A stretch of DNA of 64,000 nt. It comes from Candidatus Sumerlaeaceae bacterium (lineage in GTDB: Bacteria; Sumerlaeota; Sumerlaeia; Sumerlaeales; Sumerlaeaceae). Position numbers and translations under genes: made by a program. This document shows, in pieces, positions 8,901-17,602 of the stretch. Each line of letters begins with the position of its first letter. The first letter of the stretch is position 1. The notes beneath the pieces were generated by a model that did no database searches, was not told the DNA's origin, and saw only the letters and a program-made list of their open reading frames with translations. Location of the stretch: the NCBI GenBank assembly GCA_051003195.1, contig JBPCLP010000008.1, forward strand, positions 28,154-92,153, given 5' to 3'.

Positions 8901-9500
8901 GGACACCTTGCACTTGGGGCTGAAGGAGTTGGCCTGGCTTCCGACGACGGGTTGGCCATTGTATACAACGTTTGGACCGAGCTCGACCCAACGTGACCCG
9001 AAGATTTGCCCGGCGGGAAGCAGAGGAGTCTCGGGATCGGCGGGTGGTCCAACAGGCGCTGCCGTCGACTGGTCGCGCGACGGCAATTGTGGCAATGCGC
9101 GCAGCACCGGTTTGTTGCTGCGGATGTTTTCGATGCCGAGCAGCCGTAATCTCGCATGGCTGACCTTATTCTCGTCGGCCGCTAACCGGCGCCTTTTGGA
9201 TTCGTGCTGCAAGCGCCTGAAGACCATCGATTCGTCTTCCTCGCGTTCGACGACTTGCCCGGGAGCGGCGATGTCTCTCTCATCCTGGTCCCCCTTCACC
9301 GTAATTTTGGCAGGAGGGGTGGGCGGCACGGCCAGGGTGTTCAGATCGCTGGACGCGGCTGCAGGGAAAATTTGAGCATGTGCTGCCGAGCTAAGTCCAA
9401 TCGACAAAGCAAGCCAGACTTGCAGCGTGCCGCGGCTGCGGCTCGAAATTGCATCGCTCATGCGTAACGCATACACTTCAGAGTCAAAGGCATGACACAA
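5949..9500 (-). CDS. large secreted BNR/Asp-box repeat beta-propeller protein (sortilin/Vps10- or GH74-like) with C-terminal CARDB/Ig-like domains; signal peptide likely begins at the internal Met at 9461
   Basis: 1183 aa. Multiple S-x-D-x-G-x-T-W Asp-box motifs (TTNHGATW, STDSGANW, STNNGVTW, STNGGAIW, TTTGGTSW). Hydrophobic signal sequence LALSIGLSSAAHAQ. Confidence 0.8.
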   Translation of the reverse strand: MCHAFDSEVYALRMSDAISSRSRGTLQVWLALSIGLSSAAHAQIFPAAASSDLNTLAVPPTPPAKITVKGDQDERDIAAPGQVVEREEDESMVFRRLQHESKRRRLAADENKVSHARLRLLGIENIRSNKPVLRALPQLPSRDQSTAAPVGPPADPETPLLPAGQIFGSRWVELGPNVVYNGQPVVGSQANSFSPKCKVSGRISSAAFDPSDPTYQTLYIGGADGGVWKTTNHGATWTPLTDNQPSLATGCITVNQGAPNEIYVGTGEAVLSGDAKSGAGILVSTDSGANWVSRQSATLASSKIAQITIDRTTLTGPTRRIVAATFAGIYITSDAFQSITLAQAGRFNNVIQDLSNNQVWWATRTSSTSGSSGLYKSTNNGVTWVQQNTGIATNHRDGLADLVQAPSNPNIMYAVFNADTDFTTQTPDYDKLKIYKSTNGGAIWNQIDSSYNASSGSGQFFYNVYVAVNPVNENEIYISGSQPLYRSTNGSSNFINVASNRSLHADHQFGLFRPDGARFYDCNDGGLFYTDAPGVSDWVSLNTGLGLLQVNNYAVALHPTRFEILAGTQDNGTCRYLGSGIWSLVNAGDGGFTLWDPTDSRYVYNGYIFDTVYRSSIQGYGWSEISPNSTQFPSSSYSFPFYAKGALNSTNPNMLVLGGDSLLRNSAARTGATWADVTGKLDPGNEISAVAFAPGNGEICYLGFESGKVFRTSNMSAVLPAWTLVTTHPNGSYCSDIAVDPTNPDHFIAVFYRFTSNQVYEISNAAGSPIVTNRSAGFPAIAVNCVALDSTNPSVWYLGTEVGVYRTTTGGTSWQNYSTGLPNSAVDDLCIDNARSILLAGTHGRGVWMVGRPEIKLDSVTIDDSGIGGNGNGSIDRNERIRLTINLSNVGSEDATGVVAALASFSTEAGVIQAASVYPTLPQGGAPQGNSTAFEFTTPDSIPAGCQLNLVLTLSSNLGNFAASLPVTLRSGVPATLLDISEGFESGFGAFTQTNLNGVDSAWVADTSKPATGATCAHFEEPFPYQYQLDQLKSPVSLIPATANRIVLSFDQTNASSLYGLAGGKVFLLRDGGSQQDMASALAGVLEIKNGYTGKFDGTYTAYPNQDGYVNGGPGLPYTLTTLELDPAVWAGHTLQVVFTYNWNGFTEKRNGPTGWFIDNYSLKAEQYSIQSVAAASDWQMLK

Positions 9501-9622
9501 TCATGTGACAACCCGGCGCGGGCAACCTTAAAGGATTAAGGAACAATGGATGGAAAGCTGCCTGACGCAGAGAATCCAGATTGTTTGAACGCAGAGTGCA
9601 GCATGAGGTATAGTGTGCTTCG

Positions 9623-10579
9623 ATGGCTGACACTCCAGCAGTTGAATTTCGCGAAGTTGGACACAATTACGGTAATCATCCCGCGTTGCAGGGAGTATCG
9701 TTCCAGGTGGGACAGGGCGAAATTTTTGCGCTGCTGGGCCCAAATGGCGGCGGTAAAACCACCCTGTTTCGCATTTTATCCACGCAGATGCAGGCCAGTG
9801 CCGGTACGGCATTCGTACTTGGAGTGGACGTCTCACAAAATCCCGGCGTCGCACGACAGCACATGGGAGTCGTGTTTCAATCGCCAAGCCTCGACAAGAA
9901 ACTGACGGCTGAAGAGAACCTGGTGCACCAGGGACATTTATATGGGCTTCGAGGATCGCACCTGAAGGCGCGCATGGATCGGGCGCTTGAGGCCGTGGAC
10001 CTGTTCCAGCGCAGGCGGGAGCGGGTCGAAAAGTTTTCAGGCGGAATGCAGCGACGTGTTGAGGTGGCAAAGGCGCTGATGCATGATCCCGACCTGCTGC
10101 TGCTTGACGAGCCAAGCACGGGACTGGATCCGCACGCCAGGCTGGAACTCTGGGCGCAACTGGTGCGCCAGCGCGAGGAGAATGGTGTCACAAGCCTGCT
10201 GACTACGCACCTGATGGAAGAGGCCGAGAAGGCGGACCGCGTGGCGATTTTGCATAAGGGCAGGGTGGTTGCACTCGGTTCACCGGAAAAACTGAAGGCG
10301 ACGGTCGGGGGTGAAGTTCTGGAATTGCAGAGCAACGAGCCCAAGCGGTTACAGGCTGGTATTGCCCAGAAGTTTGGTGGCGATCCGGTTGTGATAGCTT
10401 CTGATACCGTCCGGTTGGAAACGAGCCGCGCCGACAGCACTCCGGGTGCGCGGTTGCTGGTGGACATTGTCGAGGCGTTCCCCGGCCTGGTTGAATCGGG
10501 CCGTGTAGGCAAGCCGAGCCTGGAAGATGTCTTCGTTAGATGCACGGGTCATAGATTTGAATCGGGGCCAGAAGTTTAA
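9623..10579 (+). CDS. ABC transporter ATP-binding protein (ABC-2 exporter type)
   Basis: Walker A GPNGGGKTT, ABC signature SGGMQRRV, Walker B LLLDEP. Confidence 0.9.
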   Translation: MADTPAVEFREVGHNYGNHPALQGVSFQVGQGEIFALLGPNGGGKTTLFRILSTQMQASAGTAFVLGVDVSQNPGVARQHMGVVFQSPSLDKKLTAEENLVHQGHLYGLRGSHLKARMDRALEAVDLFQRRRERVEKFSGGMQRRVEVAKALMHDPDLLLLDEPSTGLDPHARLELWAQLVRQREENGVTSLLTTHLMEEAEKADRVAILHKGRVVALGSPEKLKATVGGEVLELQSNEPKRLQAGIAQKFGGDPVVIASDTVRLETSRADSTPGARLLVDIVEAFPGLVESGRVGKPSLEDVFVRCTGHRFESGPEV

Positions 10580-10640
10580 TGCCGAAAACACAACATGTCT
10601 TCACATGCTCTCTTTTTAGTAATCCCGGTTTGCGAAAAGG

Positions 10641-11513
10641 ATGAACCACATCGATTCAACAGGCAGTGCGGCAGGCGTGAACATAATGCCGCAGGACGGC
10701 ATGCGGGAAGTGGAGCCGCTAAGCGGCATCCGCGCATTCGGTTTGGCAGCGGGCACACTGTGGCAGCGCGAACTGGTGCGATTTTTTCGGCAGCCTTCGC
10801 GTGTGATTGGCGCGTTTGCATCGCCACTGGTCTTCTGGCTGCTCATCGGTTCGGGGCTGGGCCGATCTTTTCAGCCACAGAATTCCGCCGGTGCGGCGGG
10901 GGGCGATTACCTGCAGTACTTTTTTGCGGGAACGCTCCTCCTGATTCTGCTGTTTACCGCGATCTTTTCAACGATATCGCTGATCCAGGACCGGCGCGAA
11001 GGATTTTTGCAGGGAGTCATGGTAGCGCCCATTCCGCGAGGTGCGATTGTCATGGGGAAAGTGCTTGGCGGAACCACCCTGGCGATGTTGCAGGGCCTGC
11101 TGTTTCTTTTGCTGGCGCCCCTGGCGGGCATCTCCGTCGGCCCGTCGACAGGTTTCCTCGTAGCCGGTGCGAGTTTCCTGGTGGCATTTGGACTCACGGC
11201 GCTGGGATTTGTGCTGGCCTGGCCGATGGAAAGCATCCAGGGCTTTCATGCGGTGATGAACCTCGTACTGATGCCGATGTGGCTTCTAAGCGGAGCGTTG
11301 TTTCCGGCCTCGGGCGCGAGTGGCTGGGTTCGTGCACTGATGCTGGTCAATCCGCTGACATACGGACACTCGCTGATACGTCGCGCCCTGGCGCCTGACA
11401 TCGTGGTCTCGCCGGGTCTCGGGGTGTCGCTCGGCATTACCGTGGGTTTCGCGATCGCCACATTTGCAGGTGCGTGGATCATGGCATCGCGCAAGAGGAG
11501 AATGCCGCTGTGA
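10641..11513 (+). CDS. ABC-2 family transporter permease (6 TM)
   Basis: Immediately downstream of the ATPase gene. Six hydrophobic segments in ABC-2 architecture. Confidence 0.8.
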   Translation: MNHIDSTGSAAGVNIMPQDGMREVEPLSGIRAFGLAAGTLWQRELVRFFRQPSRVIGAFASPLVFWLLIGSGLGRSFQPQNSAGAAGGDYLQYFFAGTLLLILLFTAIFSTISLIQDRREGFLQGVMVAPIPRGAIVMGKVLGGTTLAMLQGLLFLLLAPLAGISVGPSTGFLVAGASFLVAFGLTALGFVLAWPMESIQGFHAVMNLVLMPMWLLSGALFPASGASGWVRALMLVNPLTYGHSLIRRALAPDIVVSPGLGVSLGITVGFAIATFAGAWIMASRKRRMPL

Positions 11514-11530
11514 GCAGCGAAGGCGGAGAG

Positions 11531-12268
11531 ATGATGACGGAGTCGGCAGATGGTCAAGCAAGCGCGGCCGAAGTTGGGTCGACTCGCCAGCGGTCGTCAT
11601 CGCCGAAAGGCGCGTGGCTGGCGTGGATTGCGTTCACCGTGTTGATTATCGGCGTTGGCGCCGCGGCGATGTTTCAGAAACTACAGGGAGCGCGGCTCGG
11701 CGAGCCGCTCCCGAAGCTCGGGGCTGTTCCGGCATTTGGCTTTACGAACGAGAAAGGGACGTCCGTTACGCTGGCGGACCTGAAGGGGCGGCCCTGGGTG
11801 GTCGATTTTATTTTTACGCGGTGCGGTGGCCAATGCCCCCTGATGACGAGGCACATGATGGGCCTGCAGGGCTGGTTGCGGGACAAAGGGCATACCGAAG
11901 TGCAACTGGTGAGCGTGACGGTAGACCCTGAAACGGACACTCCTGAAAAGCTGGCGGAGTATGGAAAAACTTTCCACGCAGATCCCGGACAATGGACTTT
12001 TCTGACCGCTGCTAAACCTGAGATTTACGATTTGATTACCACCGGTTTTAAGCTGGGCGTAGAGGAAAACCGGGACAAGCCGGTGACGGAGATGTTTGTT
12101 CACAGTAATAAATTTGCGCTGGTGGATGCGGAGGGGCAGATCCGCGGCTATTTCGTGCTGGAGGAAGAACCGGAAATGAAGCGCATGCAGGCAGCAATCC
12201 GGCGCATCGGCATCGAACAGCGGGAGTCGCGGAAAAACAGCACCAGTGCCGACGGAAAGGACTTCTAG
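11531..12268 (+). CDS. SCO1/SenC family copper chaperone / thiol-disulfide oxidoreductase
   Basis: Thioredoxin-like fold with CxxxC (FTRCGGQCP) and a conserved His downstream. N-terminal TM anchor. RBS AAGGCGGAGAG precedes the ATG at 11531. The track's longer ORF from 11474 overlaps the permease. Confidence 0.8.
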   Translation: MMTESADGQASAAEVGSTRQRSSSPKGAWLAWIAFTVLIIGVGAAAMFQKLQGARLGEPLPKLGAVPAFGFTNEKGTSVTLADLKGRPWVVDFIFTRCGGQCPLMTRHMMGLQGWLRDKGHTEVQLVSVTVDPETDTPEKLAEYGKTFHADPGQWTFLTAAKPEIYDLITTGFKLGVEENRDKPVTEMFVHSNKFALVDAEGQIRGYFVLEEEPEMKRMQAAIRRIGIEQRESRKNSTSADGKDF

Positions 12269-12367
12269 TGTGGCGAACCAGAAGTTCATATCCACGTATC
12301 GATGTGATTCTGCGCTCGTTCGGCACACAGAACCAGTGAACGGATTTATGGGACACCGCACCAGAAC

Positions 12368-12808
12368 GTGCTGAATCGTCCTCTCAATGATTTGCCGGGT
12401 TTGAACGCATGCCTCAATGCGACCAGTGCGATGCTCCTGATTCTCGCATGGGTTTTCATTCGCCGCGGAATGGTACGGGCGCACGCGTATTGTATTACTG
12501 CCGCGCTGGCGAGTTCCGCTGCGTTCCTGACCTCCTATCTATACTACCATTTTGTGCTGCACGGACGCACGCCTTTCGGGGGTAGTGGGATCGTTCGGAC
12601 GATTTATTATAGCATCCTGCTTACGCATACCGTGCTGGCGATGGTCATTGTGCCGTTGATCGTGATGGCGCTCGTTCACGCTGCGAGGCGGCACTGGGAC
12701 AAACATCGCCGACTGGCTCGATGGACGATGCCGCTGTGGTTGTATGTTTCTGTGACGGGTGTCCTGGTGTACTGGATGCTTTACCAGATGCCCCCGGTGT
12801 TGCGATGA
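12368..12808 (+). CDS. DUF420 family membrane protein (YozB-like, usually linked to SCO/cytochrome oxidase assembly)
   Basis: 146-aa polytopic membrane protein with conserved His residues, located directly after the SCO gene. Confidence 0.65.
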   Translation: MLNRPLNDLPGLNACLNATSAMLLILAWVFIRRGMVRAHAYCITAALASSAAFLTSYLYYHFVLHGRTPFGGSGIVRTIYYSILLTHTVLAMVIVPLIVMALVHAARRHWDKHRRLARWTMPLWLYVSVTGVLVYWMLYQMPPVLR

Positions 12809-13089
12809 CGAAAGAGCAAATTGCAAAGACCGAAAGATTCAACAGCCATTCGGCGGCGCGCGCGGTTGCGATTGGCGTGTTCATAGTGTTGTGTTTCGGC
12901 GCGTGGAGCTGTCCTATGTGCAAAGATGCGGTAACGAGTGAAAGCGCCAGTGGAACTGCAGGCGCAACCATCGGGACGCGCGCACGTGGGTACTACTACA
13001 GCATTGTTGGAATGGTAAGCATGCCATTCCTGGTAATCGGTGGTGTGACGTGGGCTCTGATGCGGGAACGTCGTACCGGCACAGCATAG
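12805..13089 (+). CDS. small 2-TM membrane protein with a CPMC motif (94 aa)
   Basis: ATG overlaps the DUF420 stop (ATGA). Two hydrophobic helices flank CPMCKD. Same operon as SCO/DUF420. Confidence 0.5.
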   Translation: MTKEQIAKTERFNSHSAARAVAIGVFIVLCFGAWSCPMCKDAVTSESASGTAGATIGTRARGYYYSIVGMVSMPFLVIGGVTWALMRERRTGTA

Positions 13090-13132
13090 ATTAGCCTGTT
13101 GCATTAGTGGTGGATGGCGTCCGCCTGAACGT

Positions 13133-14599
13133 GTGCCTGATAAACCTTTCGAATTAAGCCAGCCTGTGGACGTGGATACCGGAAAGCAACGGCGCCGCGG
13201 TTGTGCCGGCTGTGGGTGCAGCGGTGGTTGCCTCACTGTTGTCGCCGTGTTAAGCCTGCTGCTCGGACTTTTCATCGTCAGTGTTCCAGCGGTTATCCGG
13301 CATTTCATGATGAAATCGATGACCACGGCTGATAACACACGACTGCAAACTCTGCTTAGAACTCCTGTAAACTTCCCCGCGGACTGGCAACAGGCGCCGG
13401 TGTTCTCGCTGGAGCTTAAGGCGGGTGTTGAGCGCACCGCAAAAGCATTCGACGCAACCGCCACTTCTTTCACCACCCAACTGCAGGATACGACCATTAC
13501 GGCCGCGATCATCGCGCTGCAGACCCGAAATCCTATCACCCCGGAAGCATGGACATCTATCGGGTTAATCGTCAGAGCAGCCAATTCGGTTATGCAGGAG
13601 ACTTCGGCAATCGCACATCTGCCGGACTACACGGCGGAATGTATTGCCCGTGCCGACCTTTGGGAGAACTCTGCCACCGGTATAGGGCTCGCCCACACCT
13701 TGCAGTTGGGACCAGCATGGGCACTTGCAGCGCATGAGTCCGCACGTGCGGAGGATTGGCCGCTTGCTTTCCACCAACTGGAAACAGCGTTTCGCCTGGG
13801 CCAGGCGGCGGCAGCCCCCGGCGATCCTGCATCGCGGTTGCGCCAGCATTTAATCCGCCATGCAGCCATTGCGACGGCTGCGATTGTAACGAGCTGCACG
13901 CAGGTTCAGCCAATGCATCACCTTCTGCACAGCCTTCGGGAGATACGTCCGAGACTGGTGCATGCGTCTGAGATGGATCCGCTGGCTCGTGATGCCGTGG
14001 GCAAGCTCCGCCAGTATGCGCGCGACGGCTTCCCTTCGAATCTGCAACCGGGCCAGCCGGGTGCCTTCTATATCCTTCAAGGAATTGAGGCCGAAGTTTA
14101 CAAGTACCCGAAATTCATGGCGGAGAATCTGCCGTTTACGGATCCGCGCAGGCCTGATTTCGAGCAGGCCGTGCGGCAGGCGGAGACCATGGGCGGCGTC
14201 GTGCGACTGAGCACGCTGCTACATCTCGCGGCAAGTTTTGTCCCGGATGTCGTCGTCAGAGTGCTGATGCAGGTTAATCCAAAAAGCGCGGCGGATGAAC
14301 AGCGGACAAATGCGTACGTAGATCTGGCCGCTCTTGCGCTGGCGAGCCGATTGTACGAAGTTGAGAGAAACGTGCCGCCGGGTTCGGCTGGAGATCTTGT
14401 TCCCGCGTTTATTGAAGCGCCGCTGCAGGATCCGTTCAGCGGAAAAGCGTACTTGTGGGACTCAGCCTCAGCGCGGTTTTACAGCGTCGGCCCTGACGGG
14501 AAGAACGATTACCTGAAAACGATTTCGGGCTCGGATGACGATCCAGGGGATATTGTACTGGGCAGCGATGGCTCGGCCTATATTGCCTATTGGCCGTAA
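13133..14599 (+). CDS. hypothetical membrane-anchored protein with an N-terminal Cys cluster (CAGCGCSGGC)
   Basis: 488 aa. Cys-rich motif immediately before a single TM helix, then a large soluble domain with no recognisable family. Confidence 0.6.
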   Translation: MPDKPFELSQPVDVDTGKQRRRGCAGCGCSGGCLTVVAVLSLLLGLFIVSVPAVIRHFMMKSMTTADNTRLQTLLRTPVNFPADWQQAPVFSLELKAGVERTAKAFDATATSFTTQLQDTTITAAIIALQTRNPITPEAWTSIGLIVRAANSVMQETSAIAHLPDYTAECIARADLWENSATGIGLAHTLQLGPAWALAAHESARAEDWPLAFHQLETAFRLGQAAAAPGDPASRLRQHLIRHAAIATAAIVTSCTQVQPMHHLLHSLREIRPRLVHASEMDPLARDAVGKLRQYARDGFPSNLQPGQPGAFYILQGIEAEVYKYPKFMAENLPFTDPRRPDFEQAVRQAETMGGVVRLSTLLHLAASFVPDVVVRVLMQVNPKSAADEQRTNAYVDLAALALASRLYEVERNVPPGSAGDLVPAFIEAPLQDPFSGKAYLWDSASARFYSVGPDGKNDYLKTISGSDDDPGDIVLGSDGSAYIAYWP

Positions 14600-14607
14600 A
14601 TAAGAGT

Positions 14608-14640
14608 CGGCACACCAGAGAACTGGTGTGCCGAATTTGT
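14608..14640. terminator. bidirectional rho-independent-type terminator hairpin between convergent genes
   Basis: CGGCACACCA-gagaac-TGGTGTGCCG followed by AATTTGT. Shares the GTGTGCCGAA core of the REP-like element. Confidence 0.6.
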
Positions 14641-14642
14641 AA

Positions 14643-15023
14643 TCAAGTTGCCGAAAGAGTCTTTTTTGCGGACTCGCTGATCTTCTGGTTCGAGTCTTCC
14701 CGCTCGCGAATTACTTTGGCGGCTTCCTCCTGCAGGTTGACCGGTTCCGGTTTCGATGGCTTTACCCGGATGACAAAGTCGTCGCGTGTCTCGCTGCCCA
14801 GCTTGGCTGTAAAGCCCTCGTTGCGCAACGCCTGGAGTAAATCGCGCTGCACTTGACGCACTTTGTCTGTCTCTGCAAAGGTTCCGTATCCGCGCTTGTA
14901 GCGCCGGACTTCGAGCCGGTAGCCACCCGTCTGTGTCGCTGCAGGGTCGTAATCCAGCATGAAGTCGGGATAGTTTCGCAATACCCGCTCGGCCAAATGA
15001 CGAAGTTTAGTCTCGTCGGCCAA
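14643..15023 (-). CDS. hypothetical protein (126 aa)
   Basis: ORF last in the amylosucrase operon on the minus strand. No recognisable domain. Confidence 0.45.
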   Translation of the reverse strand: MADETKLRHLAERVLRNYPDFMLDYDPAATQTGGYRLEVRRYKRGYGTFAETDKVRQVQRDLLQALRNEGFTAKLGSETRDDFVIRVKPSKPEPVNLQEEAAKVIREREDSNQKISESAKKTLSAT

Positions 15024-15116
15024 TTGCCCCGCCTCCTTTCTGCAGTCTTCTAATTAACAGTTATAACTCAAAATGAGGTAAGTTCGTCAAATGGATTTTG
15101 CGCGAGCTCCGGAGGG

Positions 15117-15473
15117 TTAGCCGTTTTTGAGTTCGCTCAGAATGTTCGATAGTTCTTTCAGGCGGGATCGATTAATCCGCACGGTGGGGCCGGTCCAGTC
15201 CGGATTGGTGGCGAGGTCTCGTTTTGCTTCATCCACCATGTCGGTTATGAGAGAGATAATTGAAGGCAAATCAAGCACCTTGTCGATAGCCACGGCTGCT
15301 TCCTCCGGGGCATAGATATAGCTCGTCCCTTTGATCTGATCCTGGGCGGCCTTGGCGGCCCGAAGCGCTCCGATTGTGAACCTGGTTTCCAAGGGGGAGG
15401 TGACGTCTCCTGCTGTAGAGTGTACATTTACATGCTTTGTTGTTGAGGGATAGTACCTGTCCAACCGGTCCAT
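15117..15473 (-). CDS. hypothetical protein (118 aa)
   Basis: ORF 21 nt downstream of the amylosucrase gene, same strand. Confidence 0.45.
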   Translation of the reverse strand: MDRLDRYYPSTTKHVNVHSTAGDVTSPLETRFTIGALRAAKAAQDQIKGTSYIYAPEEAAVAIDKVLDLPSIISLITDMVDEAKRDLATNPDWTGPTVRINRSRLKELSNILSELKNG

Positions 15474-15494
15474 TCAAGTAACTTTGCGCTGAAT

Positions 15495-17528
15495 TTAGGA
15501 CTCACGCAGCTTACTGGGTGCTGCCGACAGCCACAGAAGCTGGTAAGAAGACAGGTTCAGCGGCTGGTCTGCATCGTACGGGGTACCAGTGATCCGGTCG
15601 GTGCAATGTGAGCCGATGCCTCGCAGAATATCGGGGTGCAGCTGGTGCGACGTCTCGGTCATGTTCGCAATTACCACGATCGGCTCGGCCTGGTGCTCGC
15701 GGCTAAAGGTCAGTACATGTGGATTACCGGTATGGATGGTTCGCAGTGTCGAGCCTGACAGTGCAGGGAGGGCTTTGCGGGTACGGAGGAGCCGCTGGAT
15801 TCCGGTGAAGAATCGTTGGGGCAGATCGGCTGCGCGGCGTTCAGCAGTGCCCCAATGGAAGGCGGGACGATGAACCCATCGGCTGTCCTCGGCTTTTTCT
15901 GGATTCGCTTCGTAGGAGTAATCGTTTAACTGCCCGATCTCGTCGCCAAGGTAGATCAACGGGATCCCGCCGGCGGCAAAGATCAGCCCGTGAAGAAGGA
16001 GGATGCGCGCGAGCGCCAGTTCGGTAAGTGTTTGCTGGTGCTTTCCTGAGTCCTTGAGCGCCTCTTCAAGTCCGGCTAAAGACGCCAAGGTTCCGCTGAC
16101 GCGGGCGTCGCCGGTGACGGGATTCTCCTGGAACGGAACGCCGCGGGCGAACGAGCCGGAAAAACGCCCGGTGTAGAATGCGTTCAGGAACTGACGGTGA
16201 CCATGCGGATCGATGCCGACTCGACGGGCATCGTCATCAGCGAAGGTCCATCCGATGTCATCATGGCAGCGGACATAATTAACCCATGAGGTGCCGGAAG
16301 GAAGTGCGTATCTTGTGGCGAGACTATGCTCGAGCAGGCGTACCTCGCGCGTAGCGAGAGTTTCCCAAAGCAGTGCCATGAGCAGCGGATTATAGGATAG
16401 CTGGCACTCGCCGGGCGAGACATATTTGAGCACTTCGTCGGGATGGACAATGGCCTCACTTTTGAACAGCAGCGCTGGTGCAGCGATGCGCACGATAGCA
16501 TTCATCGCCTGGATGATCATGTGCGCCTCGGGCTGGTTTTCACAGGTCGTGCCGAGTCGCTTCCATATAAACGCGACCGCATCCAGGCGAAGAATTTCGA
16601 CGCCCTGGTTTGCCAGGAAAAGCATCTCCGCAGCCATGGCGCGGAACACCGCTGGATTATCGTAGTTCAGGTCCCACTGGAAGGAATGGAATGTCGTCCA
16701 GACCCATCGGTGCATGGTTTCGTTCCATGTAAAACTGCCACGGCGGGTGGACGGGAAGATTTCGCGAAGCGTTTGCTCGTAAGCGTCGGGTTCGGTTCGA
16801 TCAGGAAAGGTCAGGTAGAATTCGCGGAACTCGACGTTGCCCGATTTTGCGCGCTCAGCCCAGAGGTGTTGGTCCGAAGTGTGGTTGAAAACGAAATCAA
16901 GGCATAGACTAATGCCGGCGTTGCGGAATTCATGACTGAGTGCTGCAAACTCGTCCATCGTGCCGAGACGCGGGTCCACGTCGCGATAACTGCTGACCGC
17001 GTATCCGCCATCGGAATTCCCCTCAGGCGAACGGAAAAGAGGCATCAGATGCAGGTAGGTGATTCCGAGTTCCTTAAGATACGGGAGACGCGCCCGGAGA
17101 CCCGCCAAATCCCCGGCGAAGAGGTCGACGTACGCAATGGCGCCGACCATCTGGTTGGACTGAAACCAGTCGGGAGTTCGTTCTCGCTGAAGGTCGAGTT
17201 CGTGTAGCTCGGCGGGTCGAGCCTGGAACGCCGCGGCCGTTTCCAGCAGCAGCTGCTCGAGCTGATGTTCGAAATCTGAGCGGCTGCCGTAGAGGAACAA
17301 AAGCAGGTCGAACAGGCGTGGCCATTCGCCTTGGAGGCGCTGTTCGAAATGCGCGAAATGATTCGCGGACGTAAAACTCGACTTCAACCGCGGGAGCTGC
17401 CGAGTGAGGACTTCTGAGGCATTCGTCACTGCAGCTTCAGAACTGCTATGGTGAGGCTGTGAATTCGGCATGTTTCGCCTGGCAGCTTGCGATTCCAGTG
17501 CCATCCAGGCAGGTTTACAGTTGAGCAA
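15495..17528 (-). CDS. amylosucrase / GH13 sucrose-utilising alpha-amylase family enzyme
   Basis: GH13 catalytic blocks DFVFNHTSDQHLW, ILRLDAVAFIWKRLGTTCENQPEAH, EVLKY, HDD. Length 677 aa. Confidence 0.8.
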   Translation of the reverse strand: MLNCKPAWMALESQAARRNMPNSQPHHSSSEAAVTNASEVLTRQLPRLKSSFTSANHFAHFEQRLQGEWPRLFDLLLFLYGSRSDFEHQLEQLLLETAAAFQARPAELHELDLQRERTPDWFQSNQMVGAIAYVDLFAGDLAGLRARLPYLKELGITYLHLMPLFRSPEGNSDGGYAVSSYRDVDPRLGTMDEFAALSHEFRNAGISLCLDFVFNHTSDQHLWAERAKSGNVEFREFYLTFPDRTEPDAYEQTLREIFPSTRRGSFTWNETMHRWVWTTFHSFQWDLNYDNPAVFRAMAAEMLFLANQGVEILRLDAVAFIWKRLGTTCENQPEAHMIIQAMNAIVRIAAPALLFKSEAIVHPDEVLKYVSPGECQLSYNPLLMALLWETLATREVRLLEHSLATRYALPSGTSWVNYVRCHDDIGWTFADDDARRVGIDPHGHRQFLNAFYTGRFSGSFARGVPFQENPVTGDARVSGTLASLAGLEEALKDSGKHQQTLTELALARILLLHGLIFAAGGIPLIYLGDEIGQLNDYSYEANPEKAEDSRWVHRPAFHWGTAERRAADLPQRFFTGIQRLLRTRKALPALSGSTLRTIHTGNPHVLTFSREHQAEPIVVIANMTETSHQLHPDILRGIGSHCTDRITGTPYDADQPLNLSSYQLLWLSAAPSKLRES

Positions 17529-17602
17529 AGGCGCCCTGGAAGCACTGCGTGAAGAGCCGCCGCCCAGTGAAGACTGACGTCAGCGCGTCCTCTGACGAAG
17601 AA

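Noticed and set aside
6839-9375. Several ORFs of 170-206 aa on both strands inside the BNR protein gene
   Set aside because: They overlap a 1183-aa ORF with repeated Asp-box motifs. Their products are Arg/Pro/Ser-rich, like high-GC antisense translations.
11474-11530. Upstream extension of the SCO ORF back to 11474
   Set aside because: It would overlap the permease gene by 40 nt. A good RBS (AAGGCGGAGAG) precedes the ATG at 11531, so the shorter start was chosen.
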